A DNA stretch of 64,000 nt from positions 8,210 through 72,209 of the forward strand of contig WQXY01000005.1 of NCBI GenBank assembly GCA_009781515.1, written 5' to 3'. How positions within the stretch are numbered: the first letter of the stretch is position 1; every line of letters begins with the position of its first letter. The translations under genes were made by a program, and so were the position numbers. Under the pieces are notes generated by a model that was not told the origin of the DNA, did no database searches, and saw only the letters and a list, made by a program, of their open reading frames with translations. Shown here one piece after another: positions 17,303 through 26,725 of the stretch. The DNA comes from Oscillospiraceae bacterium. Lineage in GTDB: Bacteria; Bacillota; Clostridia; Oscillospirales; Oscillospiraceae.

Positions 17303-18940
17303 ATGAAGAAAGCAATAGCATTTATACTTATAGCAACTCTTATGGCATCAATAGCAAGCAACATAACTGCATTTGCAATAACGACAACACCGGATTTCCT
17401 AATAACAGAAAGTAGCAGAAGCGGTATAAATCTGGAGTTCGACCGTGCAGACAAGGAACAGGAATTATATGCAGAAGATATAATAACAGACATAATTTTA
17501 ACAGAAAGTATTGATGAGCGAGGTGTTACATGGGATGGCATATCCATGGACACCTTGCAGATAGAGCAGGTTGGAGGAACAAGTTCAACCCAGTCATCCG
17601 CAACACTCACAATTTCACCCTCAACAGCATGGACAGGTATCTCTGCGTCGGGTGGAACAAGGACTGTAACCGTTACGACCAACGTATCATACACAGTGAG
17701 TATGCCAACATGGATATCACGCACAAATGTAACTGGAGGATTTAGGCTGACAGCCGCAGTTAATCCAAGTGCGGCAACGAGGAGTGGTACAGTATCGGTA
17801 ACAGGCGGAGGGATAACCCGAAGCTTTAGTGTATCACAAGTAGGAGCTCCGCCACATATCTCTTTATCTCCCTCAACAAATTGGACAAGTATTTCTGCAT
17901 CGGGAGCAACAAGAACAGTGACAGTTACAACGAACATACCGTCATATACAGTAAACAGACCACCATGGATGACTCTTGAAACCATTAGCAGTGGTGTATT
18001 TAGGCTAACAGCTCCACTTAACCAAAGTACATCATCACGAAGCGGAACATTTAGCGTGACAAATTCATTTGGGTTACCTGCAAGCTTTTCTGTATCACAA
18101 CTTGGTGCACCGCCTACTTTGACATTAAACCCCTCATCTGATTGGTTAAATATATCTGCATGGGGCGCAACAAGGACAGTAACAGTTACAACCAACATTG
18201 CGTCCTACCATATTCAACCACCACCATGGATGACCTTTGTGCGAAACGGAAACGTGTTCACACTTATTGCTTCCGACAATCTTACTCCAGCAACAAGGAC
18301 AGGTGTTCTCGCTGTTACAGGCGACGGAATCACACGCAGCTTTAATGTCTCGCAAAAACATCGTACATGGCATGCTGTTGCTGATGAACCCGAAAATATA
18401 AATAAAGTTGGTTTCTGGCCCGGCTCTATTACTGTTGGATATCCATTTTTTCCGGGTTATGTACCTCATTATATTGATATTCCGGCAAGAGCAATTGAAG
18501 CTAGGTCAGCATGGGCTAATGCTTTGGGAGTATCCATTAATGAAACATCAAATGCAAGTGCATCTATACAGGTTTTTGGTGGTTCGATGAGCGAAATGCA
18601 CACTTTCAGTGGAATTCCTGGCACATGGATCGGTTATTGTAGCCCTGCAACCAGAACCAATCATAGTACTTTTATGCTGCACAATGTCGAGAGAACTGTG
18701 CAAAGGCTTTCAGGTCAAGCACAAGTGTACTTGACATACCACGATAAATGGGGTCAAGACTGGTCTTTATATGAATTAAGATCAATTGCAGTTCATGAGT
18801 TTGGTCACGCGCTTGGTTATTTTGGTCACGCTTTGAATACAAGTGATATAATGCATAGAGATCTGCAACCCGGTTCTATCGGAAGTATAACACCAATTGA
18901 AGCAACACATTTAAGACAGATATATGATGCATATAGATAA
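17303..18940 (+). CDS. secreted metzincin (matrixin/M10-like) zinc protease with three BACON-like repeats
   Basis: Signal peptide MKKAIAFILIATLMA. Three ~85-aa repeats (SPST.W..ISA.G.TRTVTVTTN...TRSG...VSQ.GAPP). Catalytic motif HEFGHALGYFGH plus a downstream SDIMH Met-turn. Confidence 0.8.
   Translation: MKKAIAFILIATLMASIASNITAFAITTTPDFLITESSRSGINLEFDRADKEQELYAEDIITDIILTESIDERGVTWDGISMDTLQIEQVGGTSSTQSSATLTISPSTAWTGISASGGTRTVTVTTNVSYTVSMPTWISRTNVTGGFRLTAAVNPSAATRSGTVSVTGGGITRSFSVSQVGAPPHISLSPSTNWTSISASGATRTVTVTTNIPSYTVNRPPWMTLETISSGVFRLTAPLNQSTSSRSGTFSVTNSFGLPASFSVSQLGAPPTLTLNPSSDWLNISAWGATRTVTVTTNIASYHIQPPPWMTFVRNGNVFTLIASDNLTPATRTGVLAVTGDGITRSFNVSQKHRTWHAVADEPENINKVGFWPGSITVGYPFFPGYVPHYIDIPARAIEARSAWANALGVSINETSNASASIQVFGGSMSEMHTFSGIPGTWIGYCSPATRTNHSTFMLHNVERTVQRLSGQAQVYLTYHDKWGQDWSLYELRSIAVHEFGHALGYFGHALNTSDIMHRDLQPGSIGSITPIEATHLRQIYDAYR
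17603..18355 (+). repeat. three tandem BACON-like coding repeats
   Basis: Read from the translation. They also generate a long spurious antisense ORF. Confidence 0.7.
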
Positions 18941-18964
18941 TCAATGTAATAAAAGGAGGAAATT

Positions 18965-19933
18965 ATGAGAAAATTATGTGTTTTGTTAGTGTCGATTTTA
19001 CTTTTATTGGTTCTTGCAGCCTGCGAACAGGCAATTAATGGAAACACGGAAACACAGGTTGATAATCCAAGTGATAAACAAAACGAAAATGTTAGTATGG
19101 GTGAAAAATTAGTAGAGTATAGCACTTTTGAAAGAGCATTACTTCTTGCTACTGACGCTGTTGTGGCAAATTACGTAACGCATCGTGACTTCGGAAGAAC
19201 ATTAGTTGAATTTGAGTTCAAAGTTAGCGATAGAGTTTTAGGAAATGCAGCAGACATTATCTATGTATATACGGAACGTGCTTATGCATCAATTATGGGA
19301 AGCGATGAATTAAAAACATATAACGAAGCAGATGTACGGTTTGATACGAAAACAGATTATTTGTTAGCATTAACTCGATTGGAAGGTGCTCACTTAAAAA
19401 CACATGAAGACGGGTACTTGTTCATCCAAAATCTTGTGATAGATTTAGACAATCCGACATTAAGCACAATGTATAATGAGTCCATATCTAAACACGCAAG
19501 TGAGTTGGATTTTAACAGCAGAAGTCTTAAAAAGAAACAAATATTGACGTTTATTGAGGAAAGAACAAAGAGCAACACTTTAGCAAGAGAGCATATTCGT
19601 TCCGATAAAATTGAAGATATCATAAATGGCTCACAGTATGTTTTAATTGTTGAAATCAATGAACCGCTTCGACCGGCAAGTGCTCAAGCTTCAAGAGAGT
19701 GGATGGAAACAGATATTTATTATTGTACTGTTATAAAATCTATCAAGGGTGACATCGATGCTGATGCAGAAGTTATGGCCATTTATTTTGCAGATACAGT
19801 AAAAAAAGGTGAGCAGCATATTATTGCTGTTGAACAAAGAGAGAATAATGTATTTTTGTTGCCTACCTCTAAAAACAGCTTGTTTCGCATGGATCAGCTT
19901 GACGAAATTATGAAGATATTAGAACTAAGATAA
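18965..19933 (+). CDS. hypothetical lipoprotein
   Basis: GGAGGA SD present. Signal peptide with lipobox LAAC. Starts 24 nt after the protease gene. Confidence 0.65.
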   Translation: MRKLCVLLVSILLLLVLAACEQAINGNTETQVDNPSDKQNENVSMGEKLVEYSTFERALLLATDAVVANYVTHRDFGRTLVEFEFKVSDRVLGNAADIIYVYTERAYASIMGSDELKTYNEADVRFDTKTDYLLALTRLEGAHLKTHEDGYLFIQNLVIDLDNPTLSTMYNESISKHASELDFNSRSLKKKQILTFIEERTKSNTLAREHIRSDKIEDIINGSQYVLIVEINEPLRPASAQASREWMETDIYYCTVIKSIKGDIDADAEVMAIYFADTVKKGEQHIIAVEQRENNVFLLPTSKNSLFRMDQLDEIMKILELR

Positions 19934-19987
19934 ATGATATATTTGTTAAGAATAGGGCAATTCATCTACCCGCACAAAGAAACCCGC

Positions 19988-20022
19988 TAATTAACAAAGT
20001 AGCGGGTTTCTTGATATAATAC
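19988..20022. terminator. hairpin between convergent genes (lipoprotein / rplT)
   Basis: AGAAACCCGCT-N12-AGCGGGTTTCT stem of 11 bp. Flanking T runs are short. Confidence 0.5.
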
Positions 20023-20058
20023 TTGAACTGAACATATTGGCGATTGTCCGCCAAGCCA

Positions 20059-20418
20059 TTATGCTCCTAATGCCTTTTTTGCAGTGCCGACAAGCTCTGT
20101 AAAAGCCTGCGGCTCATGGATTGCCATTTCCGAGAGCATTTTACGGTTGAGCGTAACACCCGATGCCTTTAACCCGTGCATAAAACGTGAATAGTTCGTG
20201 TCGTTTGCTTTGCAGGCGGCACTTATTCTTGTTATCCAAAGGCGGCGGAAATCTCTCTTTTTGAGCCTACGGCCCACATATGCATAAGTGAGCGACTTCA
20301 TAACCGCTTGATTAGCCATTTTGAAATGCTTGGATTTTGAACCCCAATAGCCCTTAGCGAGCTTTAGTATCTTTTTTCTTCTTTTGCGGGTTGTAACCGC
20401 ACGTTTAATTCTAGCCAT
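20059..20418 (-). CDS. rplT: 50S ribosomal protein L20
   Basis: [26 protein letters not shown] is the canonical L20 N-terminus. Confidence 0.97.
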   Translation of the reverse strand: MARIKRAVTTRKRRKKILKLAKGYWGSKSKHFKMANQAVMKSLTYAYVGRRLKKRDFRRLWITRISAACKANDTNYSRFMHGLKASGVTLNRKMLSEMAIHEPQAFTELVGTAKKALGA

Positions 20419-20436
20419 ATTCCTACTCCTCTTACC

Positions 20437-20634
20437 TTATTTATACGGTATCATCAGCTTTACTGCTGCTTCATTTGTTACGTCGGCATATCCGCCCTTG
20501 CGTAAGCCGCGTTTGCGTTTTGTTGACTTCTTGTTGAGAATATGGTTTTTGTACGCTTTTGCACGTTTAACCTTCCCCGTTTTAGTAAGGCGAAAGCGTT
20601 TCTTTGCCCCACTGTGTGTTTTAATCTTTGGCAT
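20437..20634 (-). CDS. rpmI: 50S ribosomal protein L35
   Basis: [14 protein letters not shown] is the canonical L35 N-terminus. 65 aa. Confidence 0.97.
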   Translation of the reverse strand: MPKIKTHSGAKKRFRLTKTGKVKRAKAYKNHILNKKSTKRKRGLRKGGYADVTNEAAVKLMIPYK

Positions 20635-20650
20635 TGCTTTTACTCCTTTA

Positions 20651-21172
20651 TTATTGTTTAGCCTGCTTTGGTGTCAGGTACATCGACATGTGCCTTCCGT
20701 CAAGCTTTGGATTTTTATCAACATTCCCGAGCTCGGCACATTCTTCGGCAAATTTTGTAAGCAGCTTCTCACCTATATCCGTGTGAGCCATTTCTCTGCC
20801 GCGAAAACGCACTGTGACCTTAAGACGGTCGCCCTCTTTCAGGAATTTGAGGCCGTTTTTCAGTTTAACGTTGAAATCATTGATGCCGATACTTGGTGAC
20901 ATGCGTATTTCCTTAACCTCTACAACATGCTGATGACGGCGCACCTCTTTAATCTTTTTTGCCTGCTCATATTTGTACTTGCCGTAGTCCATTATCCTGC
21001 AAACAGGCGGATTTGATGTAGGTGCAATTTTGACGAGGTCCAAGTCTTTCTCTATCGCGATTTTCATCGCTTCCTCGGACGTCATGATGCCGAGCTGAGC
21101 ACCGTCTTCGCCAATCATTCGGACTTCTTTGTCAGTGATTTCTTCATTAATTTGATAGTTTACGTTGCTTAT
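20651..21172 (-). CDS. infC: translation initiation factor IF-3
   Basis: INEEI...EVRMIGEDG and the C-terminal domain are conserved. AGGAGG lies 8 nt before an in-frame ATA at 21172. The track's GTG at 21181 overlaps the SD. IF-3 genes classically use AUU/AUA starts. Confidence 0.93.
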   Translation of the reverse strand: MSNVNYQINEEITDKEVRMIGEDGAQLGIMTSEEAMKIAIEKDLDLVKIAPTSNPPVCRIMDYGKYKYEQAKKIKEVRRHQHVVEVKEIRMSPSIGINDFNVKLKNGLKFLKEGDRLKVTVRFRGREMAHTDIGEKLLTKFAEECAELGNVDKNPKLDGRHMSMYLTPKQAKQ

Positions 21173-21182
21173 ATAGAACACC

Positions 21183-21351
21183 TCCTATAAAAAAGACAGA
21201 CGCTTTGGCATCTGTCGTCTTAAAAACTACCTGTTTTACAAGGTGCTTTAATTCTTAACCACAACTCGATAATTATCGGTCAGGTGAGGACGGTGATGCC
21301 GTACTACTTTATTGGAAGCACATAATAACACTATACATTCTCACTTGTCAA
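21183..21351 (-). promoter_or_regulatory. promoter plus L20-type ribosomal leader/attenuator of infC-rpmI-rplT
   Basis: TTGACA at 21351-21346, 17-18 nt spacer, TTATTA/TATTAT. The ~130-nt leader has long-range GTGCTT...AAGCAC pairing. A hairpin GACAGATGC-N4-GCGTCTGTC plus T6 sits immediately before the SD. Confidence 0.5.
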
Positions 21352-21361
21352 GGCTTTTTTC

Positions 21362-23320
21362 TTAGCCCTCTACCTCGCTTTTCAGCTGCTCGAGCAGCTC
21401 GGCGGCTTTTGTGAAATTATAATCATCAATGCACTCTGCAATTTCTTTCATCTGCGGCACACACCGAAGCTCGTCCACAACCGTCAGACTTGCGGTATCT
21501 CTATGCTCGAGTAACGGCTCTAATATGCCAATCAATTCTGATATGTCATGCTCAGAGTCGCCTGTATCTGTGCCTGTCTGCTTGCCTGTATCACCCGACA
21601 CAAGCAAGGGAGCAAGCTCCGTCAGCACAGCGATAAGCTCCGTGTGAAGAAGCTGCATTTGCCCGTGGCTTGGCCTGTCTTCGGCATGTGTCAGTTCCAT
21701 TTCTACTACAGCGGCAGCTTTTTGGAGCCCGTGACGGTTTATCTGACCCGCTGTGGTTTTCAGTGTGTGTGCAATTCTGTGCGCAAGTTTAATATCTCCT
21801 GCTTCAATTGCAACCTCCAAGTGGTCAAAGGTATCTTGATTTTCCTTAACAAAAGGCAGCTCAAGCTTCCTTATGAGTTCTTCCTCTTCAAAGCTTTTTT
21901 GTTTTTTTGAAAGAGGTGCAACCTTTTCCGTTTTTAAGTATTGAACCAAACACTGCCATAATTCCTTTGACGTAAAAGGCTTGCTGATATGACCGCACAT
22001 TCCGCTGTTTTTATACAAATCTATATCATACGGCATTACATTTGCAGTTACTGCCACAACAGGCGTTTCTATTCCGAGCTCGGCAATTTTGGACGCAGCC
22101 TCAAGCCCGTCCATAACAGGCATATGAATATCCATTAATATCAAATCAAACGGGTTGCCGTTTTTTTGTCTTTCGGAAACAATATCTACAGCCTCTTGCC
22201 CGTTATACGCTTCTATTGTTTTTACGCCGACTCTTTTCAAATGGTCACATATCACCTGCTGATTGATACTGTTATCCTCGCAGACCAAAACATCACCGAT
22301 AAAATATGGTATTTGCGAGTCGTCGAGAACAATCTCATTGGTTTGCACGTCGGAGTCGGAGTCAATCAAAGTAAACTCAAGGTCAAAGCTGAATTTACTG
22401 CCGACTTCCGGCGAGCTGACCACATCAAGAGTGCCGCCCATTAGCTCAACAAAACTTTTTGCAATTGTCAGCCCAAGACCTGTGCCGCCGTATTTTCTTG
22501 TAATACTGGTGTCTGCCTGTGTAAAAGACTTAAAAATCCCCAATATCTGCTCGTTTGTCATACCAATTCCGCTGTCTTTTACCTCAAAGTGTATAACAGT
22601 TTTCTTTTCATCTGACTTTTCAACAGACGCGAGCATTTTAACCATACCGACATTTGTAAACTTTACGGCATTGGAGAGCAGGTTCATTAATATTTGCCTG
22701 AGCTTCACAGGGTCTCCGAGCAGCTTTTTCCCGACAGACGGCTCAGCATAACTGTATAGCGACAGCCCCTTTTCTTCGGCAAGCGGTTTCATGATATCCT
22801 GACAATGCATGAAAATATCGGTCAAATCAAACGGAATGTTTTCAAGCGTTATCCTGCCGGACTCAATTTTAGAAATATCAAGTATGTCGTTGATAACACT
22901 TAACAGCCAGCTCGCACTTTCCGATATACGGCTGAAATACTCCCTCGTTTTCATTGGTATATCATCATATTGTGCAAGCTCTGCAAAACCTATGATACTG
23001 TTCATGGGTGTTCTTATTTCATGGCTCATGTTGGCAAGAAACTCTGTTTTTGCAAGTGATGCCGCCTCAGCAGCTTTTCTTTGCATAAGCACCCGGAAAA
23101 AAATTATCATAAAGCAGACAATCAAAAACAGCAGTATTATAATAAAAAGCATTAATCTGAACTCACCGGGGTTTGCTTCCCACATCGGCGGCGTGATGTT
23201 GTCTGCAGGGTTATCATCAGGCAGATTTTCAGCTGCAAAAACAGGTAACACCGTAAATGTAATACTTAGAAAGATGAGTATTACAAACGCTGTCCCTGAT
23301 TTTATTATATTCTTAAACAC
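21362..23320 (-). CDS. hybrid sensor histidine kinase/response regulator with C-terminal HPt domain
   Basis: Two TM helices. H-box SHEIRTPMNSI, HATPase GGTGLGL, REC LILMDIHMP, HPt AHTLKTTAG. Confidence 0.85.
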   Translation of the reverse strand: MFKNIIKSGTAFVILIFLSITFTVLPVFAAENLPDDNPADNITPPMWEANPGEFRLMLFIIILLFLIVCFMIIFFRVLMQRKAAEAASLAKTEFLANMSHEIRTPMNSIIGFAELAQYDDIPMKTREYFSRISESASWLLSVINDILDISKIESGRITLENIPFDLTDIFMHCQDIMKPLAEEKGLSLYSYAEPSVGKKLLGDPVKLRQILMNLLSNAVKFTNVGMVKMLASVEKSDEKKTVIHFEVKDSGIGMTNEQILGIFKSFTQADTSITRKYGGTGLGLTIAKSFVELMGGTLDVVSSPEVGSKFSFDLEFTLIDSDSDVQTNEIVLDDSQIPYFIGDVLVCEDNSINQQVICDHLKRVGVKTIEAYNGQEAVDIVSERQKNGNPFDLILMDIHMPVMDGLEAASKIAELGIETPVVAVTANVMPYDIDLYKNSGMCGHISKPFTSKELWQCLVQYLKTEKVAPLSKKQKSFEEEELIRKLELPFVKENQDTFDHLEVAIEAGDIKLAHRIAHTLKTTAGQINRHGLQKAAAVVEMELTHAEDRPSHGQMQLLHTELIAVLTELAPLLVSGDTGKQTGTDTGDSEHDISELIGILEPLLEHRDTASLTVVDELRCVPQMKEIAECIDDYNFTKAAELLEQLKSEVEG

Positions 23321-23493
23321 AGTGCACCTCGATTACACGCAGCTGCTAAACATTTTAACAGCGCCCTCTATTATACACTATTGCACCGTATTATCAAATA
23401 GTATTTCCTCTTTTTCAGCTTAATTTCCTATAGCATTATGCACAACAATATGATACCATAACAGGGATAAATTACATTGAAAGGGAGATGCTT

Positions 23494-24621
23494 GTGAATA
23501 AAGTCTTCTTGTGCAAAGAAACCGCAGACGGGGAAACTCGCGTAGCTCTTGTTCCGCAGCATATCAAAGCTCTTTGTGAAATGGGCTATGAGGTTTTGGT
23601 GCAAAGCGGTGCAGGTGATTGTATAAGTTTTTCCGATGACGACTACAAAACCGCAGGAGCTAAGATTGCAGACACCTTAAAAGACGGTTACGACTTTTGC
23701 GATATTATCGTCAGAATTAACAAACCCGATGATATTGCAGATATCCGCGAGGGCACACTACATGTCAGTTCGTTTGATGTATGGAATGAAAAAGCGGCAA
23801 TCAAAGAATATGCCGACGCCGGAGTCAACCTTGTCAGCCTTGAAATGATGCCCCGTACCACTCTTGCGCAAAAAATGGATATTCAAAGCTCACAAGCCTC
23901 GCTTGCAGGATATTATGCAGTTATCTTAGCAGCGTCAAAACTTCCCAAGATTTTCCCGATGATGATGACCCCCTCGGGCACCATATCCCCCGCAAGAGTA
24001 TTTATCATTGGTGTCGGAGTTGCGGGATTGCAGGCTATTGCCACGGCAAAAAGACTTGGAGCACGTGTTGAAGCCTTTGACACACGCCCCGTTGTTGAAG
24101 AACAGGTCAAGTCACTCGGAGCGAAATTTGTAAAAATAGACCTCGGCGAAATGGGTCAAACCGAGCAGGGCTACGCCAAAGAGCTTACCCCCGAGCAGGT
24201 AGAACTCCAACGAAAGGGTCAGGCAAAGGTTTGCTCACATTCGGATATAGTTATCACAACCGCTAAGGTTTTCGGACGTAAAGCTCCGCTGCTGCTCACC
24301 AAAGACATGACGGCACAAATGAAGCCGGGCTCAATAATCGTTGACATGGCTGTCAAGACAGGCGGAAACGTAGAGGGCTGCGACCCTGCCGGTGATGTAG
24401 TGCTCGATAACGGTGTTCTTTTAATAAACGGAGACAGTCTCGAGCGTAACATTCCAAAAGACGCTTCCGACATGTTTTCAGGCAATATCTTTGCATTCTT
24501 GGAGCATTTCTGGAATGGCGAGAGCAAAACATTTAAGCTTGACTCCACAGACGAAATTTTAGCCGGGTGCCTTATCACAATGGATAAAAAGGTCATTCAC
24601 CCGGGCTTTCAAAATAATTAG
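23494..24621 (+). CDS. pntAA: NAD(P) transhydrogenase subunit alpha part 1
   Basis: ETRVALVP and the Rossmann motif IGVGVAGLQAI. GTG at 23494 is 6 nt after GGGAG; the track's ATG at 23488 abuts the SD. Confidence 0.9.
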   Translation: MNKVFLCKETADGETRVALVPQHIKALCEMGYEVLVQSGAGDCISFSDDDYKTAGAKIADTLKDGYDFCDIIVRINKPDDIADIREGTLHVSSFDVWNEKAAIKEYADAGVNLVSLEMMPRTTLAQKMDIQSSQASLAGYYAVILAASKLPKIFPMMMTPSGTISPARVFIIGVGVAGLQAIATAKRLGARVEAFDTRPVVEEQVKSLGAKFVKIDLGEMGQTEQGYAKELTPEQVELQRKGQAKVCSHSDIVITTAKVFGRKAPLLLTKDMTAQMKPGSIIVDMAVKTGGNVEGCDPAGDVVLDNGVLLINGDSLERNIPKDASDMFSGNIFAFLEHFWNGESKTFKLDSTDEILAGCLITMDKKVIHPGFQNN

Positions 24622-24641
24622 TTGAGAAAGGAATAGAGTTT

Positions 24642-24941
24642 ATGACAGGTAACATTGTACTGCTGCTTTTTATATTCGTCATGGCAGCGTTTCTTGGTAA
24701 AGAATTAATAGCCAAAGTACCCTCTCAACTGCACACACCTCTCATGTCGGCAACTAACGCCATATCAGGACTTACGGTGCTTGGCGGTTTGGTTGTCTGC
24801 TCCACGAGCCCCACAGGTTCACTGAGTATGATTTTCGGTTTTATCGCCATAGTTCTTGCCACAATCAACGTGGTTGGAGGCTATATGGTGACAGACCGTA
24901 TGCTCGCTATGTTCAAAAAGAAGGAGGGTGAGAGCAAATGA
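24642..24941 (+). CDS. pntAB: NAD(P) transhydrogenase subunit alpha part 2 (membrane)
   Basis: 99-aa, three-TM protein between pntAA and pntB. Has HTPLMSATNAISG. Confidence 0.9.
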   Translation: MTGNIVLLLFIFVMAAFLGKELIAKVPSQLHTPLMSATNAISGLTVLGGLVVCSTSPTGSLSMIFGFIAIVLATINVVGGYMVTDRMLAMFKKKEGESK

Positions 24942-26395
24942 TTAGTCCCGAAATCATCAATGTTGCGTATATCATCGCCTGCCTTACCTTCATAATAGGC
25001 ATAAAAAACCTCGGTAAACCAACCACCGCCCGTAAGGGTACATACATTTCCATAATCGGTATGGTAATAGCGGTTATCGCCGTATATTTTGAGTCCAACC
25101 CCGACGCATCAAACATCACAGAAGCGGGAATTGCCGACTATTGGAACTTGGACTTTATGCAAACGGGCTTTTTATGGACCTTTGTAGCTCTTGCAATCGG
25201 TGCTCTCATCGGTACCGTCTGGGCTAAGAAAGTAAAAATGACGGGAATGCCCGAGCTTGTCGCACTCTTCAACGGATTTGGAGCGCTCGCTTCCTCACTC
25301 GTTGCGTTTTCACAGTTTAACAACCTGCGTCCGAACGATGCGGGAGCTGTTGACGCTGTTGCAACGGGTGTCACCATTTTTATCGGCGTAATGTGTTTCT
25401 CGGGTTCAATGATTGCATGGGCAAAGCTGTCAGAGAAAATGACAGGCAGAGCGATTGTATTTAAGGGGCAAAACTTCATCACAGGCTTGCTGCTCCTTGC
25501 AGTCGTTGCTATGATTGTTCTCTACGTGCTGCCCGGCACAATAATCCCCGCCGATGCAAAACTTATAGTTATGATTGCACTTTGTGCGGTTTCGTTCATT
25601 TTCGGTATTGCGTTTGTGCTGCCGATCGGCGGCGGCGATATGCCTGTTGTTATATCGCTTCTCAACAGCTGCACGGGTTTGGCTGTTGCCGCAGCAGGCT
25701 TCCTGCTTGAAAACACAGCCCTCATCGTCAACGGCTGTCTTGTCGGAGCATCGGGCGTTATACTCACCTTGATAATGTGCAAAGCAATGAACCGCTCCAT
25801 AGGCAACCTGCTCTTTAGCGGCTTTGGTGCTGTCGATACCGCCTCGGGCAAGGGTCCGGGCGCCGAGCCTAAGTCAGTATCTGCCGAGGACGCATATATG
25901 ATACTTGAAGCTGCATCATCCGTTGTGTTTATCCCCGGCTACGGCATGGCTGTCGCACAGGCGCAGCATGTGGTCCGTGAGCTTGCCGAAAAACTTGAAG
26001 ATAACGGAGCCGAAGTCAGCTACTGTGTCCACCCTGTTGCAGGACGTATGCCCGGACATATGAACGTACTTCTTGCTGAGGCTGACATTCCTTATGAGCA
26101 GCTTAAAACAATGGAAGAAATGAACCCCGCCATGCCTATGCAGGATGTTGCGATTATTATCGGAGCAAACGATGTTGTTAATCCTGCCGCCGAAACCGAC
26201 GAAAGTTCGCCGATATACGGGATGCCGATTATCAAAGCATATGAAGCCAGAACGGTATTCGTCTTAAAGCGCGGAAAGGGCAGAGGCTTCTCGGGTGTTG
26301 AAAACGAACTGTTCACCATGCCAAACACCCTGATGATTTACGGCGACGCAAAAGCGACAATATCCGCACTCGCGAGCGAGTTCACAGCAGAGTAA
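24938..26395 (+). CDS. pntB: NAD(P) transhydrogenase subunit beta
   Basis: Polytopic N-terminal half. The C-terminal dIII has PGYGMAVAQAQH and HPVAGRMPGHMNVLLAEA. Confidence 0.93.
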   Translation: MISPEIINVAYIIACLTFIIGIKNLGKPTTARKGTYISIIGMVIAVIAVYFESNPDASNITEAGIADYWNLDFMQTGFLWTFVALAIGALIGTVWAKKVKMTGMPELVALFNGFGALASSLVAFSQFNNLRPNDAGAVDAVATGVTIFIGVMCFSGSMIAWAKLSEKMTGRAIVFKGQNFITGLLLLAVVAMIVLYVLPGTIIPADAKLIVMIALCAVSFIFGIAFVLPIGGGDMPVVISLLNSCTGLAVAAAGFLLENTALIVNGCLVGASGVILTLIMCKAMNRSIGNLLFSGFGAVDTASGKGPGAEPKSVSAEDAYMILEAASSVVFIPGYGMAVAQAQHVVRELAEKLEDNGAEVSYCVHPVAGRMPGHMNVLLAEADIPYEQLKTMEEMNPAMPMQDVAIIIGANDVVNPAAETDESSPIYGMPIIKAYEARTVFVLKRGKGRGFSGVENELFTMPNTLMIYGDAKATISALASEFTAE

Positions 26396-26409
26396 AGGAG
26401 CTTATCCGC

Positions 26410-26688
26410 ATGAGTGACATATCAAAATTTGAGCGTATGGCAATGCTTAGCCTTGCCGATACCGAAAGAGATGTGCTCTGCAAGCGCTTTGATGCCGTCA
26501 GTAGCTCTTTTGCAAAGCTTGACGAATTTGACACAAGCGATGTTCTTCCGCTCATCAGTGTACTTGAAGCTAAAAATATCATGCGTGAGGATATTACGGA
26601 AAAGATAATATCAAGGGAAGAGCTTTTGAAAAATGCTCCCGAACAGCAGGACGGATATATCAGAGTGCCTGCGTCCATTGACATTTGA
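26410..26688 (+). CDS. gatC: Asp/Glu-tRNA amidotransferase subunit C
   Basis: 92 aa. Has LADTERD...EFDTSDV...REDI, typical of GatC. Lies upstream of the gatA-like gene and gatB. Confidence 0.88.
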   Translation: MSDISKFERMAMLSLADTERDVLCKRFDAVSSSFAKLDEFDTSDVLPLISVLEAKNIMREDITEKIISREELLKNAPEQQDGYIRVPASIDI

Positions 26689-26725
26689 CCGTTTAGGTTA
26701 ATATATAACATTAAGGTATTTGCAA

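Noticed and set aside
17248-18198. A 316-aa ORF antisense to the protease gene.
   Set aside because: It is the mirror image of the BACON-like repeats (Val/Thr-rich low complexity). It starts inside the upstream promoter cassette and has no SD.
20384-20899. A 171-aa plus-strand ORF.
   Set aside because: It is antisense to the unmistakable rplT, rpmI and infC genes.
22166-23423. Several 90-200-aa plus-strand ORFs.
   Set aside because: They are antisense to the hybrid histidine kinase, whose motifs are intact on the minus strand.
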